Position numbers and translations under genes: made by a program. The notes under the pieces were generated by a model that saw only the letters and a list, made by a program, of their open reading frames with translations, was not told where the DNA came from and ran no database searches. Shown here piece by piece: positions 47,822-58,038 of a DNA stretch of 64,000 nucleotides. The stretch comes from an uncultured Pelagibacteraceae bacterium. Lineage in GTDB: Bacteria; Pseudomonadota; Alphaproteobacteria; Pelagibacterales; Pelagibacteraceae. How positions within the stretch are numbered: the stretch's first letter is position 1; each line of letters starts with the position of its first letter. The stretch is from contig CACIKE010000004.1 of assembly GCA_902587155.1 (NCBI GenBank), positions 5,444 to 69,443 on the forward strand, given 5' to 3'.

Positions 47822-50200
47822 ATGGACGTAAAAACTACTTCACCATTATTACCACTTAGAGATATTGTGGTTTTTCCTAGCATGGTAATCCCACTTTTTG
47901 TTGGAAGAGATAAATCAATCTCTGCTTTAAATGAGGTGATGAAAAAAGAGAAAAAAATAATTTTAGTAACTCAAAAAAATTCTGAAATCGATGATCCTAA
48001 GAAAACAGATATATTTATGTATGGATGTGAAGGTAGTATCTTACAACTTTTGAAACTCCCAGATGGGACAGTAAAAGTTTTAGTTGAGGGTGTTCGTAGA
48101 GTAAAAATTATTGATTTTAGAGATAATGAAAAGTTTATAACTTGTGACTTTACACCTCACAATGATGTGATCGATGGTGATGAAGATTTGTATCCATTAG
48201 CTGTTACAGCAATAAGAAGAATGGAAAAATTAACTTCTATTAATAAAAAAGTTTCCAGTGAAACTATTAATACAATTAAACAATTAAAAGATCCATCTCA
48301 GATTGCAGATAACATTGCTTCACACATCACTGCAACGATTTCAGAGAAACAACAAATTTTTGAGACTATTGATGTTAAGAAAAGATTAAATGCAATCATA
48401 AAGATAATGGAAAATGAAACAAGCATTATTGGAGTAGAAAAAAGAATTAGAGGAAGAGTCAAAACTCAAATGGAAAAAACTCAACGAGAGTATTATTTAA
48501 ATGAACAGTTAAAAGCTATCCAAAAAGAGTTAGGTGAAATAGAGGATGGCAAAGATGAAAATACAAGTTTAAATAAAGCAATCCTTAAATCTAAAATGCC
48601 AAAAGATGTTGAGAAAAAATGTCTTCAAGAATTAAAAAAATTAAAGAATATGAGCCCAATGTCAGCAGAAGCTACTGTAGTTAGAAATTACTTAGATTGG
48701 ATGATAGATCTTCCCTGGCATAAAAAAAGTGATGTTGTCATAGATTTAAAAAAAGCACTTGAAGTATTAGATAAAGATCATTTTGGTTTAGAAAAAGTTA
48801 AAGAGAGAATTATTGAATTTCTAGCAGTCCAAAAAAGAATGGATAAGATTAAAGGCCCTATTTTATGCTTAGTAGGTCCGCCTGGTGTTGGAAAAACATC
48901 TTTAGGAAAGTCAATTGCTAAAGCAACAAATAGAGAATTTGTAAGAATGTCGGTAGGTGGAATGAGAGATGAAGCTGAAATTAGAGGTCACAGAAGAACT
49001 TATATTGGTTCTTTACCTGGTAAAATTATTCAAATGATGAAAAAAGCTGGAACTAAAAATCCACTAATACTTTTAGATGAAATAGATAAAGTTGGAAATG
49101 ATTATCGGGGAGATCCCTCTTCAGCTTTATTAGAGGCTCTAGACCCAGAGCAAAATACGACTTTTAATGATCACTATTTAGAAGTTGATTATGATTTATC
49201 TGATGTGATGTTTGTGACTACAGCTAATACATTAAATATTTTACCTCCATTATTAGATAGAATGGAAGTTATTAGATTAGCAGGCTACACTGAAGATGAA
49301 AAAATAAATATTGCAAATAAATATCTTCTTCCAAAACAAATAAAAGATAATGGTGTTAAGGAAAAAGAAATGAACTTGGGTGATGATATTATAAAAGAAG
49401 TAATTAGAAGTTACACAAAGGAGTCTGGTGTAAGAAATCTTGAGAGAGAAATTTCTAAAATTGCACGAAAAGTAGTTAAAAAGGTTGTCTCTGGAGAAGA
49501 AAAAGAAGTTAATATTAACACAAAAAATCTACCAGACTTTTTAGGAGTTCCTAAATTTAAATCGGGTGAGTTAGAGACTGAAAATAGAGTGGGTATAGTT
49601 ACAGGATTAGCCTGGACCGAATATGGTGGTGAGATTTTAAAAATAGAGACAGTAACAATGCCAGGTAAAGGTCGTATGCAAATTACAGGAAAGCTTGGTG
49701 ACGTCATGCAAGAGTCGGTTAAAGCTGCAAAATCATTCGTAAGATCAAAATGCTTAGAATACGGAATTATTCCTCCATTATTTGAGAAAAAAGATTTTCA
49801 CATTCATGTTCCTGAGGGAGCAACACCTAAAGATGGCCCATCTGCTGGAATAGGAATGGTTACATCAATAGTTTCATCAATTACAAACATTCCAGTAAAA
49901 AGAGATGTGGCTATGACAGGTGAAGTAACATTGACTGGACAAGTATTGCCTATTGGTGGGTTGAAAGAAAAGCTATTAGCAGCCCATAGAGCAGGTATAA
50001 GAGAGGTTTTAATTCCAAAAGAAAATGAAAAAGACTTGGTAGATATGCCAAAAAAGATTATCGATGAGATAAAAATTACTCCAGTTGAGTTTGCTGATGA
50101 GGTTTTAAAAATTGCCCTAACTAAAGAACTCAAGAAGACAGAATGGGTTGAGGTTGATATGTCTAAAAAAGATGATAAATCTCAAGCGAGCATCCAATAA
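47822..50200 (+). CDS. lon: Lon protease
   Basis: LPLRDIVVFP, GPPGVGKTS, RGHRRTYIG, PKDGPSAG. Confidence 0.98.
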   Translation: MDVKTTSPLLPLRDIVVFPSMVIPLFVGRDKSISALNEVMKKEKKIILVTQKNSEIDDPKKTDIFMYGCEGSILQLLKLPDGTVKVLVEGVRRVKIIDFRDNEKFITCDFTPHNDVIDGDEDLYPLAVTAIRRMEKLTSINKKVSSETINTIKQLKDPSQIADNIASHITATISEKQQIFETIDVKKRLNAIIKIMENETSIIGVEKRIRGRVKTQMEKTQREYYLNEQLKAIQKELGEIEDGKDENTSLNKAILKSKMPKDVEKKCLQELKKLKNMSPMSAEATVVRNYLDWMIDLPWHKKSDVVIDLKKALEVLDKDHFGLEKVKERIIEFLAVQKRMDKIKGPILCLVGPPGVGKTSLGKSIAKATNREFVRMSVGGMRDEAEIRGHRRTYIGSLPGKIIQMMKKAGTKNPLILLDEIDKVGNDYRGDPSSALLEALDPEQNTTFNDHYLEVDYDLSDVMFVTTANTLNILPPLLDRMEVIRLAGYTEDEKINIANKYLLPKQIKDNGVKEKEMNLGDDIIKEVIRSYTKESGVRNLEREISKIARKVVKKVVSGEEKEVNINTKNLPDFLGVPKFKSGELETENRVGIVTGLAWTEYGGEILKIETVTMPGKGRMQITGKLGDVMQESVKAAKSFVRSKCLEYGIIPPLFEKKDFHIHVPEGATPKDGPSAGIGMVTSIVSSITNIPVKRDVAMTGEVTLTGQVLPIGGLKEKLLAAHRAGIREVLIPKENEKDLVDMPKKIIDEIKITPVEFADEVLKIALTKELKKTEWVEVDMSKKDDKSQASIQ

Positions 50201-50322
50201 TCTTAAATTTTTACAGATATTTACTTAAATAAATTTTTTGATCTAAGCTGATTTATTGACTAGATCTATATTAATATTTTAGGTAACCTATTTTAAATAA
50301 ATAATAACTAAGGGAAATAAAT

Positions 50323-51297
50323 ATGAATAAATTAAGTAAAATAATCGTTGTATTGTTCTCATCTTTATTCTTAAGTTTTGCAGCAAATTCAGTTGAAGTA
50401 AAATTTGGACATGTGGGTAAACCAGGTTCTCTATTTTCAGCTTCAGTTGATCATTTTGCTAAACTTGCTAATAAGAGATTAGGAAATAAAGGTAAAGTAA
50501 CTGTATTTGGTTCTTCACAACTTGGAAAAGACAAACAAGGAATGCAGAAACTAAAATTAGGTACAGTTAATATGTGGTTACCTTCATCAGTAATGGCTTC
50601 TATTCATGATGAGTTTGGTGTTTTTGATATGCCTTTTATTATTAAAGACAGAAAGCACATGGCTAAAGTAGAAAAAAATGTTTTACCAGGTATGTTTAAA
50701 AATCTTGAAGATAAAACAGGTTACAAAGTTATTGCTGTATGGGAAAATGGTTTTAGACATATAACAAATAATACTAGACCAATTAATACTCCAGGTGATT
50801 TGAAAGGAATTAAATTAAGAACTCCTAAATCAAAATGGAGAGTTAAAATGTTCCAATCATATGGTGCAAACCCAACGCCAATGTCTTTTTCTGAAGTATT
50901 TACTGCTTTGAAAACAGGTACAATGGATGGACAAGAAAACCCATATGCTCAAATAGCTAGTGCTAAATTTCAAGAAGTTCAAAAATATTTATCAATCACA
51001 GGTCACGTTTATACTCCTGCTTATGTAACTGTTCATAAGGATCACTGGAGCAAACTACCTGCGGATGTTCAAGATATTTTAGAAAAAGCTGCTCAAGATA
51101 CACAAAAATTTGTGTACAAAGAAGCTGCTAAACTTGAAAAATCTTTATTAAAAGTAATTAAAGATGCTGGTGTCCAAGTAAACGAAGCGGACAAAGGTGC
51201 TTTTATTGCAGCTAGTAAAGGGATTTATGATCAATTTGGATCAGAAGTTCCTACAGGTGGTGCTTTAGTTAAAAAAGTATCATCTTTAGCAAAGTAA
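50323..51297 (+). CDS. TRAP substrate-binding protein DctP
   Basis: SSQLG, WENGFR, KLRTP (carboxylate-binding Arg), FSEVF, DGQENP. Confidence 0.92.
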   Translation: MNKLSKIIVVLFSSLFLSFAANSVEVKFGHVGKPGSLFSASVDHFAKLANKRLGNKGKVTVFGSSQLGKDKQGMQKLKLGTVNMWLPSSVMASIHDEFGVFDMPFIIKDRKHMAKVEKNVLPGMFKNLEDKTGYKVIAVWENGFRHITNNTRPINTPGDLKGIKLRTPKSKWRVKMFQSYGANPTPMSFSEVFTALKTGTMDGQENPYAQIASAKFQEVQKYLSITGHVYTPAYVTVHKDHWSKLPADVQDILEKAAQDTQKFVYKEAAKLEKSLLKVIKDAGVQVNEADKGAFIAASKGIYDQFGSEVPTGGALVKKVSSLAK

Positions 51298-51316
51298 TAT
51301 AATTAAATAGTTCTTA

Positions 51317-51341
51317 TCAGGCCCTCGTTCAGAGGGCCTGA
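51317..51341 (+). other. GC-rich hairpin between dctP and dctQ
   Basis: TCAGGCCCTC/GAGGGCCTGA stem with no T tail. Confidence 0.65.
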
Positions 51342-51348
51342 ATATAAT

Positions 51349-51858
51349 ATGAAATTACAAAATTTTATTAATTCGTACGAAAAAATATTAAAACTAATAC
51401 TGTTTATAATGATGGTAGCATTAGCAGTAACAGTTTTACTTGGAGTTACCTTTCGTTTTGCTGGCAGTGCATTAGTTTGGTACGATGAAGTTGCTGCTGT
51501 CCAACTTGCATGGATAACATATTATGGTTCTGCCTATGCTGCATTAAAAGGTTCTCACATAAGCGTGCCAAGTATTTTTAAAGCTTTTCCATTGCGATTA
51601 AGAAAAATTTTTTTTGTTGTATCTAAGCTAGTTGTTTATGGTTTTTTGATATTATTAGCATATTACGGTTATTTAGTTTTAACCTTAATAACAGGCGAAA
51701 CGTTAGTTACATTAGAATGGGTACCTCAGCCATTTGTTCAATCAGTAATTCCAATTGCCTCATGTCTTTTTATTCTATCTGAGACATTAAGAATTCCAGA
51801 GGATTATAAAAATTTAGTTCTACAAAATACAGGTGACGAGCAAACAGGAGATATTTAA
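51349..51858 (+). CDS. TRAP small permease DctQ
   Basis: 4 TM, WYDEVA, GSHI. Confidence 0.9.
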   Translation: MKLQNFINSYEKILKLILFIMMVALAVTVLLGVTFRFAGSALVWYDEVAAVQLAWITYYGSAYAALKGSHISVPSIFKAFPLRLRKIFFVVSKLVVYGFLILLAYYGYLVLTLITGETLVTLEWVPQPFVQSVIPIASCLFILSETLRIPEDYKNLVLQNTGDEQTGDI

Positions 51859-53141
51859 TGATAATTCTAACAATGTTTATGGTTTTGTTGCTTCTGTTGT
51901 CTATAAATGTGCCTATTGCGATCGGCCTTGCAGTAACAACTATTATTGCAATGGTTATGAAAACTGGCACAAGTTTTCTAATTGATACTGCAATTGTAAT
52001 GTTTGATGGATCAATGAAGTTTCCATTGATTGCAATTCCATTATTTATTTTAGCTGGATCAATTATGAATAGTGCTGGTATTTCACGAAGACTTATAGCC
52101 TTTGCCTCTGCTCTAGTTGGATTTATCAAAGGTGGGTTGAGTATGATTAATATTGCAACCTCAATGTTTTTTGCTGAAATTTCTGGATCGGCAGTTGCTG
52201 ATGTTGCTGCACTAGGTTCTATTTTAATTCCTGCGATGAAGAAAAAAGGATACCCAGGAGCATTTGCTGCTGCAGTAACTTCATCTTCAGCATCTTTAGC
52301 AATCATTATTCCACCATCAATACCAATGATTGTTTACGCGGTTATGTCTCAAAGTTCAGTTGTTCAATTATTTGTTGCTGGAATTATTCCTGGAGTAATT
52401 GGTGGATTTTTTCTTATGTTGGCTGCTTATGTTACAGCAAGAAAGAAAAATTTTCCTGTTGAGGAGACATTCAATATACCAAATGTTAAAAAGACAGCAA
52501 AAGATGCAGCTCTGGCCTTTTTATTACCAATAATCATTTTAGGAGGGATTTTTGGAGGCGTTGTAACAGCCACAGAAGGAGCTGGTTTAGCAGTTGTAGC
52601 ATCTTTGGTAATTGGTTTTATTTATAAAGAAATAGACTTTAAAAGGTTATACGAGTCAGCTTGTGAGGGAGCAATACAGACCGCATCAGTAATGTTATTA
52701 GTTGCAGCATCTGTTTTATTAGGAGAGTTTTTAACAATTGAACAAATTCCTCAAAAAGTTGCTGAGTCAATTATAGACTTTACTAATAATAAATATGCAG
52801 TTTTAGGAATTTTAAATATATTTTTATTAATTATAGGTTTCTTTTTACACTCGGTTGCGGCAATAATTTTAACTGTACCAATAGTGATGCCATTGGTTAA
52901 TGCAGTTGGTATTGATCCTGTTCATTTTGGAATAATTGTAACTTTAAACCTAGCTATAGGGCAGCAAACACCTCCTGTAGCGAGTGTATTAGTAACAGCC
53001 TGTTCAGTTGCAAAAGCAGATATCTGGGATGTAACAAGATCAAATATATCATTTATATGTGTGTTGTTGGTTTTATTATTATTAGTAACTTATGTACCAG
53101 CAATACCTATGACACTGGTAGAGTATTTTTATAGGAGTTAG
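51858..53141 (+). CDS. TRAP large permease DctM
   Basis: AIPLFILAG, ISGSAVAD, IIPPSIP, TATE, DPVHFG, TPPV. Confidence 0.93.
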   Translation: MIILTMFMVLLLLLSINVPIAIGLAVTTIIAMVMKTGTSFLIDTAIVMFDGSMKFPLIAIPLFILAGSIMNSAGISRRLIAFASALVGFIKGGLSMINIATSMFFAEISGSAVADVAALGSILIPAMKKKGYPGAFAAAVTSSSASLAIIIPPSIPMIVYAVMSQSSVVQLFVAGIIPGVIGGFFLMLAAYVTARKKNFPVEETFNIPNVKKTAKDAALAFLLPIIILGGIFGGVVTATEGAGLAVVASLVIGFIYKEIDFKRLYESACEGAIQTASVMLLVAASVLLGEFLTIEQIPQKVAESIIDFTNNKYAVLGILNIFLLIIGFFLHSVAAIILTVPIVMPLVNAVGIDPVHFGIIVTLNLAIGQQTPPVASVLVTACSVAKADIWDVTRSNISFICVLLVLLLLVTYVPAIPMTLVEYFYRS

Positions 53142-53924
53142 ATGAGTAGTTTAGTTAAGCTAAATAAAATAAATAGTCATTTATCTGAAGTTGTTATTAA
53201 TAGACCAGAAAAATTAAATGCAATGACTAAACCAATGTGGATAGAACTTGGTAAAATTTTTAAAAAAATTTCAAAAGAAAAAAATCTTAGATGTGTCATT
53301 ATAAGAGGTGAGGGTGGAAAATCTTTTTCACCTGGAAACGATATCGGGGAATTTAAAAAAGAAAGATCGTCATCAAAATTAGCGAAATCTTATGGAAAGT
53401 TTTTACATGGAACCTTAGGAGCGATATTTAATTGTCCAGTACCTACAATAGCTATGATTGAGGGAATTTGTGTAGGAGGTGGTTTGGAAATAGCTGCTTG
53501 TTGTGACATAAGAATTTGTGGTAAAAGTTCGAGGTTCGGTATACCCATAAAAAGACTTGGTTTAACAATGGCTGCAAAAGAGCTGGAAGTCCTTTTAAAA
53601 GCTACTACTTATTCAACTGCCATGGAAATTTTGTTTGAGGGAAGAGTATTTGATTCTCAAGAGGCATTAGAAAAAAGATTGGTTAATAGAGTAGTTAATG
53701 ATGAAGACGTAAGGAAAGAAGCATACAGATCAGCTGAACTGATATGTGAAGGTGCTCCTAAAGTTGCTAGATGGCATAAAGAATTTGCAAGAAATATTTT
53801 AAAGAAAGGCAAAGTAACAGAAAAAATAAATAATCTCGGTTACAAATGCTATGATACTGAAGATTTTAAAATTGGATATCAATCCTTCCTAAATAAAACT
53901 AAGCCAAAATTTAAAAATAAATAA
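53142..53924 (+). CDS. Enoyl-CoA hydratase/isomerase (crotonase) family protein
   Basis: NRPEKLNA, FSPGNDI, GICVGGGLEIAACCDIR, FGIPIKRLG. Confidence 0.9.
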   Translation: MSSLVKLNKINSHLSEVVINRPEKLNAMTKPMWIELGKIFKKISKEKNLRCVIIRGEGGKSFSPGNDIGEFKKERSSSKLAKSYGKFLHGTLGAIFNCPVPTIAMIEGICVGGGLEIAACCDIRICGKSSRFGIPIKRLGLTMAAKELEVLLKATTYSTAMEILFEGRVFDSQEALEKRLVNRVVNDEDVRKEAYRSAELICEGAPKVARWHKEFARNILKKGKVTEKINNLGYKCYDTEDFKIGYQSFLNKTKPKFKNK

Positions 53925-53930
53925 TCATAA

Positions 53931-55121
53931 ATGGCATCATTAAAAGGCATACGAGTATTAGAGATGGCTCAAATAATGGCTGGTCCTACGTGTGGATTGT
54001 TATTAGCAGATCTAGGGGCTGAAGTTATTAAGATAGAAAAAACTCCGGGAGGTGATGATACTAGAAATTTCCTTCCTCCCGATGTCAATGGAGTATCGGC
54101 AGCATACTTAATGATGAATAGAAATAAAAAAGGTATTGCTCTAAATTTAAAAGATAAAGAAGGAATTGAAATTTTTAAGACGATGATAAAAAATTCCGAT
54201 GTAGTTTTGGAAAATTTTAGAAAAGGGACATTAGAAAAACTGGGTATTGGTTATGATACAATATCAAAAATTAATCCTAAAATTATTTTATGTGAAATTT
54301 CTGGTTATGGAAGAACAGGTCCTTATGCAAATAAGGGAGGTTTTGATTTAGTAGCACAAGGTATGAGTGGTTTAATGAGTATTACTGGTGAAGATAAGAA
54401 TAAACCACCAATGAAAGTAGGAGCACCACTTACAGATATCACTGCAGGATTACTTGCTACAAGCGGTATCTTAGCAGCTTTGATTCATAGAGATAAAACT
54501 GGCGAAGGTCAAAAAGTTGATACATCTTTGTATGAAGCAGGAATAGTTCATACTTACTGGCAATCAGCAATTGCTGGTGCAACCGGTGTATCACCAGGTC
54601 CTCTTGGATCAGCTCATCCTTTGACTGCACCTTATCAAGCTTTTAAAACAAAAGATAAATGGATAACTGTTGGTGCATCAAATCAGAATACATGGCTTAT
54701 GTTATTAAAGGCAATCAATCGTCAAGATCTTAATGAGAATGAGAAATTTTCAACTAATTCAAGTAGAAAAGAAAATTTAAATGAACTGGTAGAAATACTT
54801 AATAATGAATTTATTAAAAAACCTGCTCAAGAGTGGTTAAAAATATTTGATGAAAATGGTTTACCATGTGGTCCTATAAATTCGATAACCGACATGTTTA
54901 AAGACCCTCAAACTATTGAAAGAGAAATGATTATTGAGGTAAATAATAAAAAAGCTGGGATAAGTAAAGCTGTTGGAATGCCAATCAAATTTTCAAAAAG
55001 CAAAACAGAAAAATCCAAAGGTGCACCAGATTTAGGTGAGCATACAAGAGAAATAATGAAAAATTTTGGTTATAAAGATGAAGAGATAGATGATTTTTAT
55101 AACAAAAAAATAATTCTTTAA
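53931..55121 (+). CDS. Family III CoA-transferase (CaiB/BaiF)
   Basis: LADLGAEVIKIE, NRNKK, ENFR, ISGYGRTGP, PLTD, APDLGEHT. Confidence 0.93.
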   Translation: MASLKGIRVLEMAQIMAGPTCGLLLADLGAEVIKIEKTPGGDDTRNFLPPDVNGVSAAYLMMNRNKKGIALNLKDKEGIEIFKTMIKNSDVVLENFRKGTLEKLGIGYDTISKINPKIILCEISGYGRTGPYANKGGFDLVAQGMSGLMSITGEDKNKPPMKVGAPLTDITAGLLATSGILAALIHRDKTGEGQKVDTSLYEAGIVHTYWQSAIAGATGVSPGPLGSAHPLTAPYQAFKTKDKWITVGASNQNTWLMLLKAINRQDLNENEKFSTNSSRKENLNELVEILNNEFIKKPAQEWLKIFDENGLPCGPINSITDMFKDPQTIEREMIIEVNNKKAGISKAVGMPIKFSKSKTEKSKGAPDLGEHTREIMKNFGYKDEEIDDFYNKKIIL

Positions 55122-58021
55122 TTTACAGTTTCGAAAATCTTGAACAGTAATTCTGAAACGTGCTTCCCTTTTTTTTCTGATAAATCAGATATTTGGTGTC
55201 TACAGCTTGTACCATTTGCTACTATGAAATCATTTTCATCACTACTATTAATTGCAGGTATTAAAGATAGATGAGCCATTTTTTTTGAAGTTTCATAAGT
55301 TTTACTATCATAACCAAAAGAGCCTGCCATCCCACAACAGCTAGAATCTATCATCTTATTATTTATATTTAGCACAGATAAAAGATCTTTAAGTCCTTTT
55401 ATTCTATCTTGAGACTTTTGGTGACAATGTCCATGAATTAAGACATTTTGACTAAAACTATTTGATTTAATATTTTTATCTTTTTTAATTTGTTCTAAAA
55501 TAAACTCCTCCAATAAATAAAATTTATTTTTTATTTTATCTCTATTTTTTATGCCTTTAAGTGATTGATACTCATCATTGAAAGTAAGCAAACAAGACGG
55601 TTCAATACCTACTATGGGTAATTCAAAGTAATTATTTTTAATAATATAGTCATTAAATCTATTCAATTCCTCTGCAGCCTTATCCAGTTGACCATATGAT
55701 ATATAAGTTCTTCCACAACAAAGTGGTCTATCAAGTTTATCACTATCAAAACTTGGGATTACTGTCTGATAACCAAATTTATTTAATACTTTAATTGTAT
55801 AGACCAAATTTTCATTCTCAAAATTGATATTAAATGTATCTGCAAATAAAATTACTTTATTTTCTGAAATTTCTTGATTGTTATAAATGTCTTTTAAAGC
55901 CTTTTGATTTTGGACTTCCGGCAGGCTTCTTTCAGTTGCAAAACCAAATTTTTTAATAATGTTTGAAATAACTGGAAGATTTTTAATCTTATTAATTGTT
56001 GGATTTATGATTTTATATAACCAAATTAACCTTGGCATATCAGAGATAATTCTATCTTTAATTCTCATACTAAATTTTTTATAATAATGAGAGAGAAATT
56101 CACTTTTCATCTTAGCCATATCTACAGACATAGGACATTCTCTTTGACAAGCTTTACAGCTCACACAAAGCTCCATTGTTTCATACATTTCTTTAGATGC
56201 AAAAGACCCCTCTGGTAATTGATTAGAAAGTGCGAGTCTTAATGTATTTGCTCTTCCTCTAACTAAATCTTTCTCTTCTTTCGTTACCCTGTATGAAGGA
56301 CACATCACTCCAGAATCTAATTTCCTGCATGCGCCGTTGTTATTACACATTTCAATTGCATCTGAAAATTGACCCCAATTAGACCAATCATAATGAGTAC
56401 TTATATTCTCCACTTGATAATCTGATTTATATCTCATCAACGATCTATCATTTGATTTAAAAGGTCTTACAATTTTACCTGGATTTAATAAATTCTTATT
56501 ATCGAAAGTATCTTTAATTTCTTCGAATGCGTTTATGATATTTTTTCCAAACATCATTTCGTGGAATTCTGATCTAACTATTCCATCTCCATGTTCACCA
56601 GAGTGAGAACCTTTATAATTCTTAACCATTTCAAAAGCTTCCTCAGATATAGATCTCATGTTTTTAATATCTTGGTCAGATTTCATATTCAAAACTGGTC
56701 TTACGTGAAGAGTTCCAACCGATGCATGAGCATAAAACATTCCACTTGTATTATATTTCTTAAATATTTCATTTAATCTTGCTGTGTATTCTGCCAAGTG
56801 ATCTAAAGAAACTGCACAATCCTCTATAAATGCAACTGGCTTTTTATCTCCCTTCATCGACATCAAGATATTTAATCCAGCTTTTCTAATCTCAAAAACT
56901 TCTTTTTGTTCCGAAAAGTCTGTAAAAAAAGAAAATTGATTTTTCTTATTTTGGTTAAGAACTAAATATTCAAGGTCTTTTATTTTTTTCTCATAAACAT
57001 TTTGGTCTGTATCTATAAATTCAACCATTAAAACAGCTTCTGGATTACCTTTTATATATTTCTTTATACCACCTGCATACATTGGTATCTCTTTTGCTAG
57101 ATTTAATAAGTTTTGATCCATTAATTCGACACAAGTTGGTTTTAATTTAACGATCTCTTTTGTTAATTCCATAGCTTGATGAAAGTTATCAAAATAACAG
57201 ACGCCTAAAATTTTATTTTTAGGAATTTCAGATAACTTTAATTTTATCTTATTAAAAAGAGATAATGTTCCTTCAGAGCCAACTAATAGATTTGATGAAT
57301 TAAATCCATTTGGATCAATCAAATCAATATTATATCCACCAACTCTTCTTTGAGTGGTTGGCCAATTTTCATCAATATCCTTACTAACTTTTTGTCTTAA
57401 ATTTAAAAATTTATCAATTATTTTATAAAAACGATCTTGGTTATTAGTCGTTGTTAGATAGTTTTTATTAATTTGATCAAAAGTATGTAACGAACCATCA
57501 TCTAAAATTGCTTCAATGGCTAGTACGTTGTGAACCATATTCCCATAGTATAAAGATCTTGATCCACATGAATTGTTTGCTGACATCCCTCCAATAGTTG
57601 CTCTACTACTTGTAGACACATCTACAGGAAACCATAAACCAAATGGCCTTAAAAATGAATTTAAATGATCTAATACCACGCCAGGCTGAACCCAAACATA
57701 TTTTTCCTCTACGTTGAGCTCTAATATTTTATTTTGGTGTTTTGAGTAATCAAGAACTACACTTTCACCTACAGTTTGACCACATTGAGAACTTCCGCCA
57801 CCTCTAGCTAGCAGAGGAATAGAATTCTTTTGAGAGTATTCCATTAAGTTTAAAACATCATTTGTATCCTTTGGAAGAACTACACCTAGGGGCTTAATTT
57901 GATAAACTGATGCATCAGTGCTGTATCGACCCCGAGAAAACTCATCAAATAAAGTTTTCCCATCAACTTTACTGCTTATTTCTTTTCCTATTCTTTGTAT
58001 TTGATCTGAACTAAACCGCAT
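55118..58021 (-). CDS. FAD-linked oxidase fused to Fe-S/CCG domains (GlcD+GlcF or YdiJ type 2-hydroxyacid dehydrogenase)
   Basis: YSTDAS, RGGGSS, GSEGTL, GEHGDG, CNNNGAC, CVSCKAC, HGHCHQ, CCGMAGSFGY. Confidence 0.9.
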   Translation of the reverse strand: MRFSSDQIQRIGKEISSKVDGKTLFDEFSRGRYSTDASVYQIKPLGVVLPKDTNDVLNLMEYSQKNSIPLLARGGGSSQCGQTVGESVVLDYSKHQNKILELNVEEKYVWVQPGVVLDHLNSFLRPFGLWFPVDVSTSSRATIGGMSANNSCGSRSLYYGNMVHNVLAIEAILDDGSLHTFDQINKNYLTTTNNQDRFYKIIDKFLNLRQKVSKDIDENWPTTQRRVGGYNIDLIDPNGFNSSNLLVGSEGTLSLFNKIKLKLSEIPKNKILGVCYFDNFHQAMELTKEIVKLKPTCVELMDQNLLNLAKEIPMYAGGIKKYIKGNPEAVLMVEFIDTDQNVYEKKIKDLEYLVLNQNKKNQFSFFTDFSEQKEVFEIRKAGLNILMSMKGDKKPVAFIEDCAVSLDHLAEYTARLNEIFKKYNTSGMFYAHASVGTLHVRPVLNMKSDQDIKNMRSISEEAFEMVKNYKGSHSGEHGDGIVRSEFHEMMFGKNIINAFEEIKDTFDNKNLLNPGKIVRPFKSNDRSLMRYKSDYQVENISTHYDWSNWGQFSDAIEMCNNNGACRKLDSGVMCPSYRVTKEEKDLVRGRANTLRLALSNQLPEGSFASKEMYETMELCVSCKACQRECPMSVDMAKMKSEFLSHYYKKFSMRIKDRIISDMPRLIWLYKIINPTINKIKNLPVISNIIKKFGFATERSLPEVQNQKALKDIYNNQEISENKVILFADTFNINFENENLVYTIKVLNKFGYQTVIPSFDSDKLDRPLCCGRTYISYGQLDKAAEELNRFNDYIIKNNYFELPIVGIEPSCLLTFNDEYQSLKGIKNRDKIKNKFYLLEEFILEQIKKDKNIKSNSFSQNVLIHGHCHQKSQDRIKGLKDLLSVLNINNKMIDSSCCGMAGSFGYDSKTYETSKKMAHLSLIPAINSSDENDFIVANGTSCRHQISDLSEKKGKHVSELLFKIFETVN

Positions 58022-58038
58022 AAAAGTTAATTAAAGGT

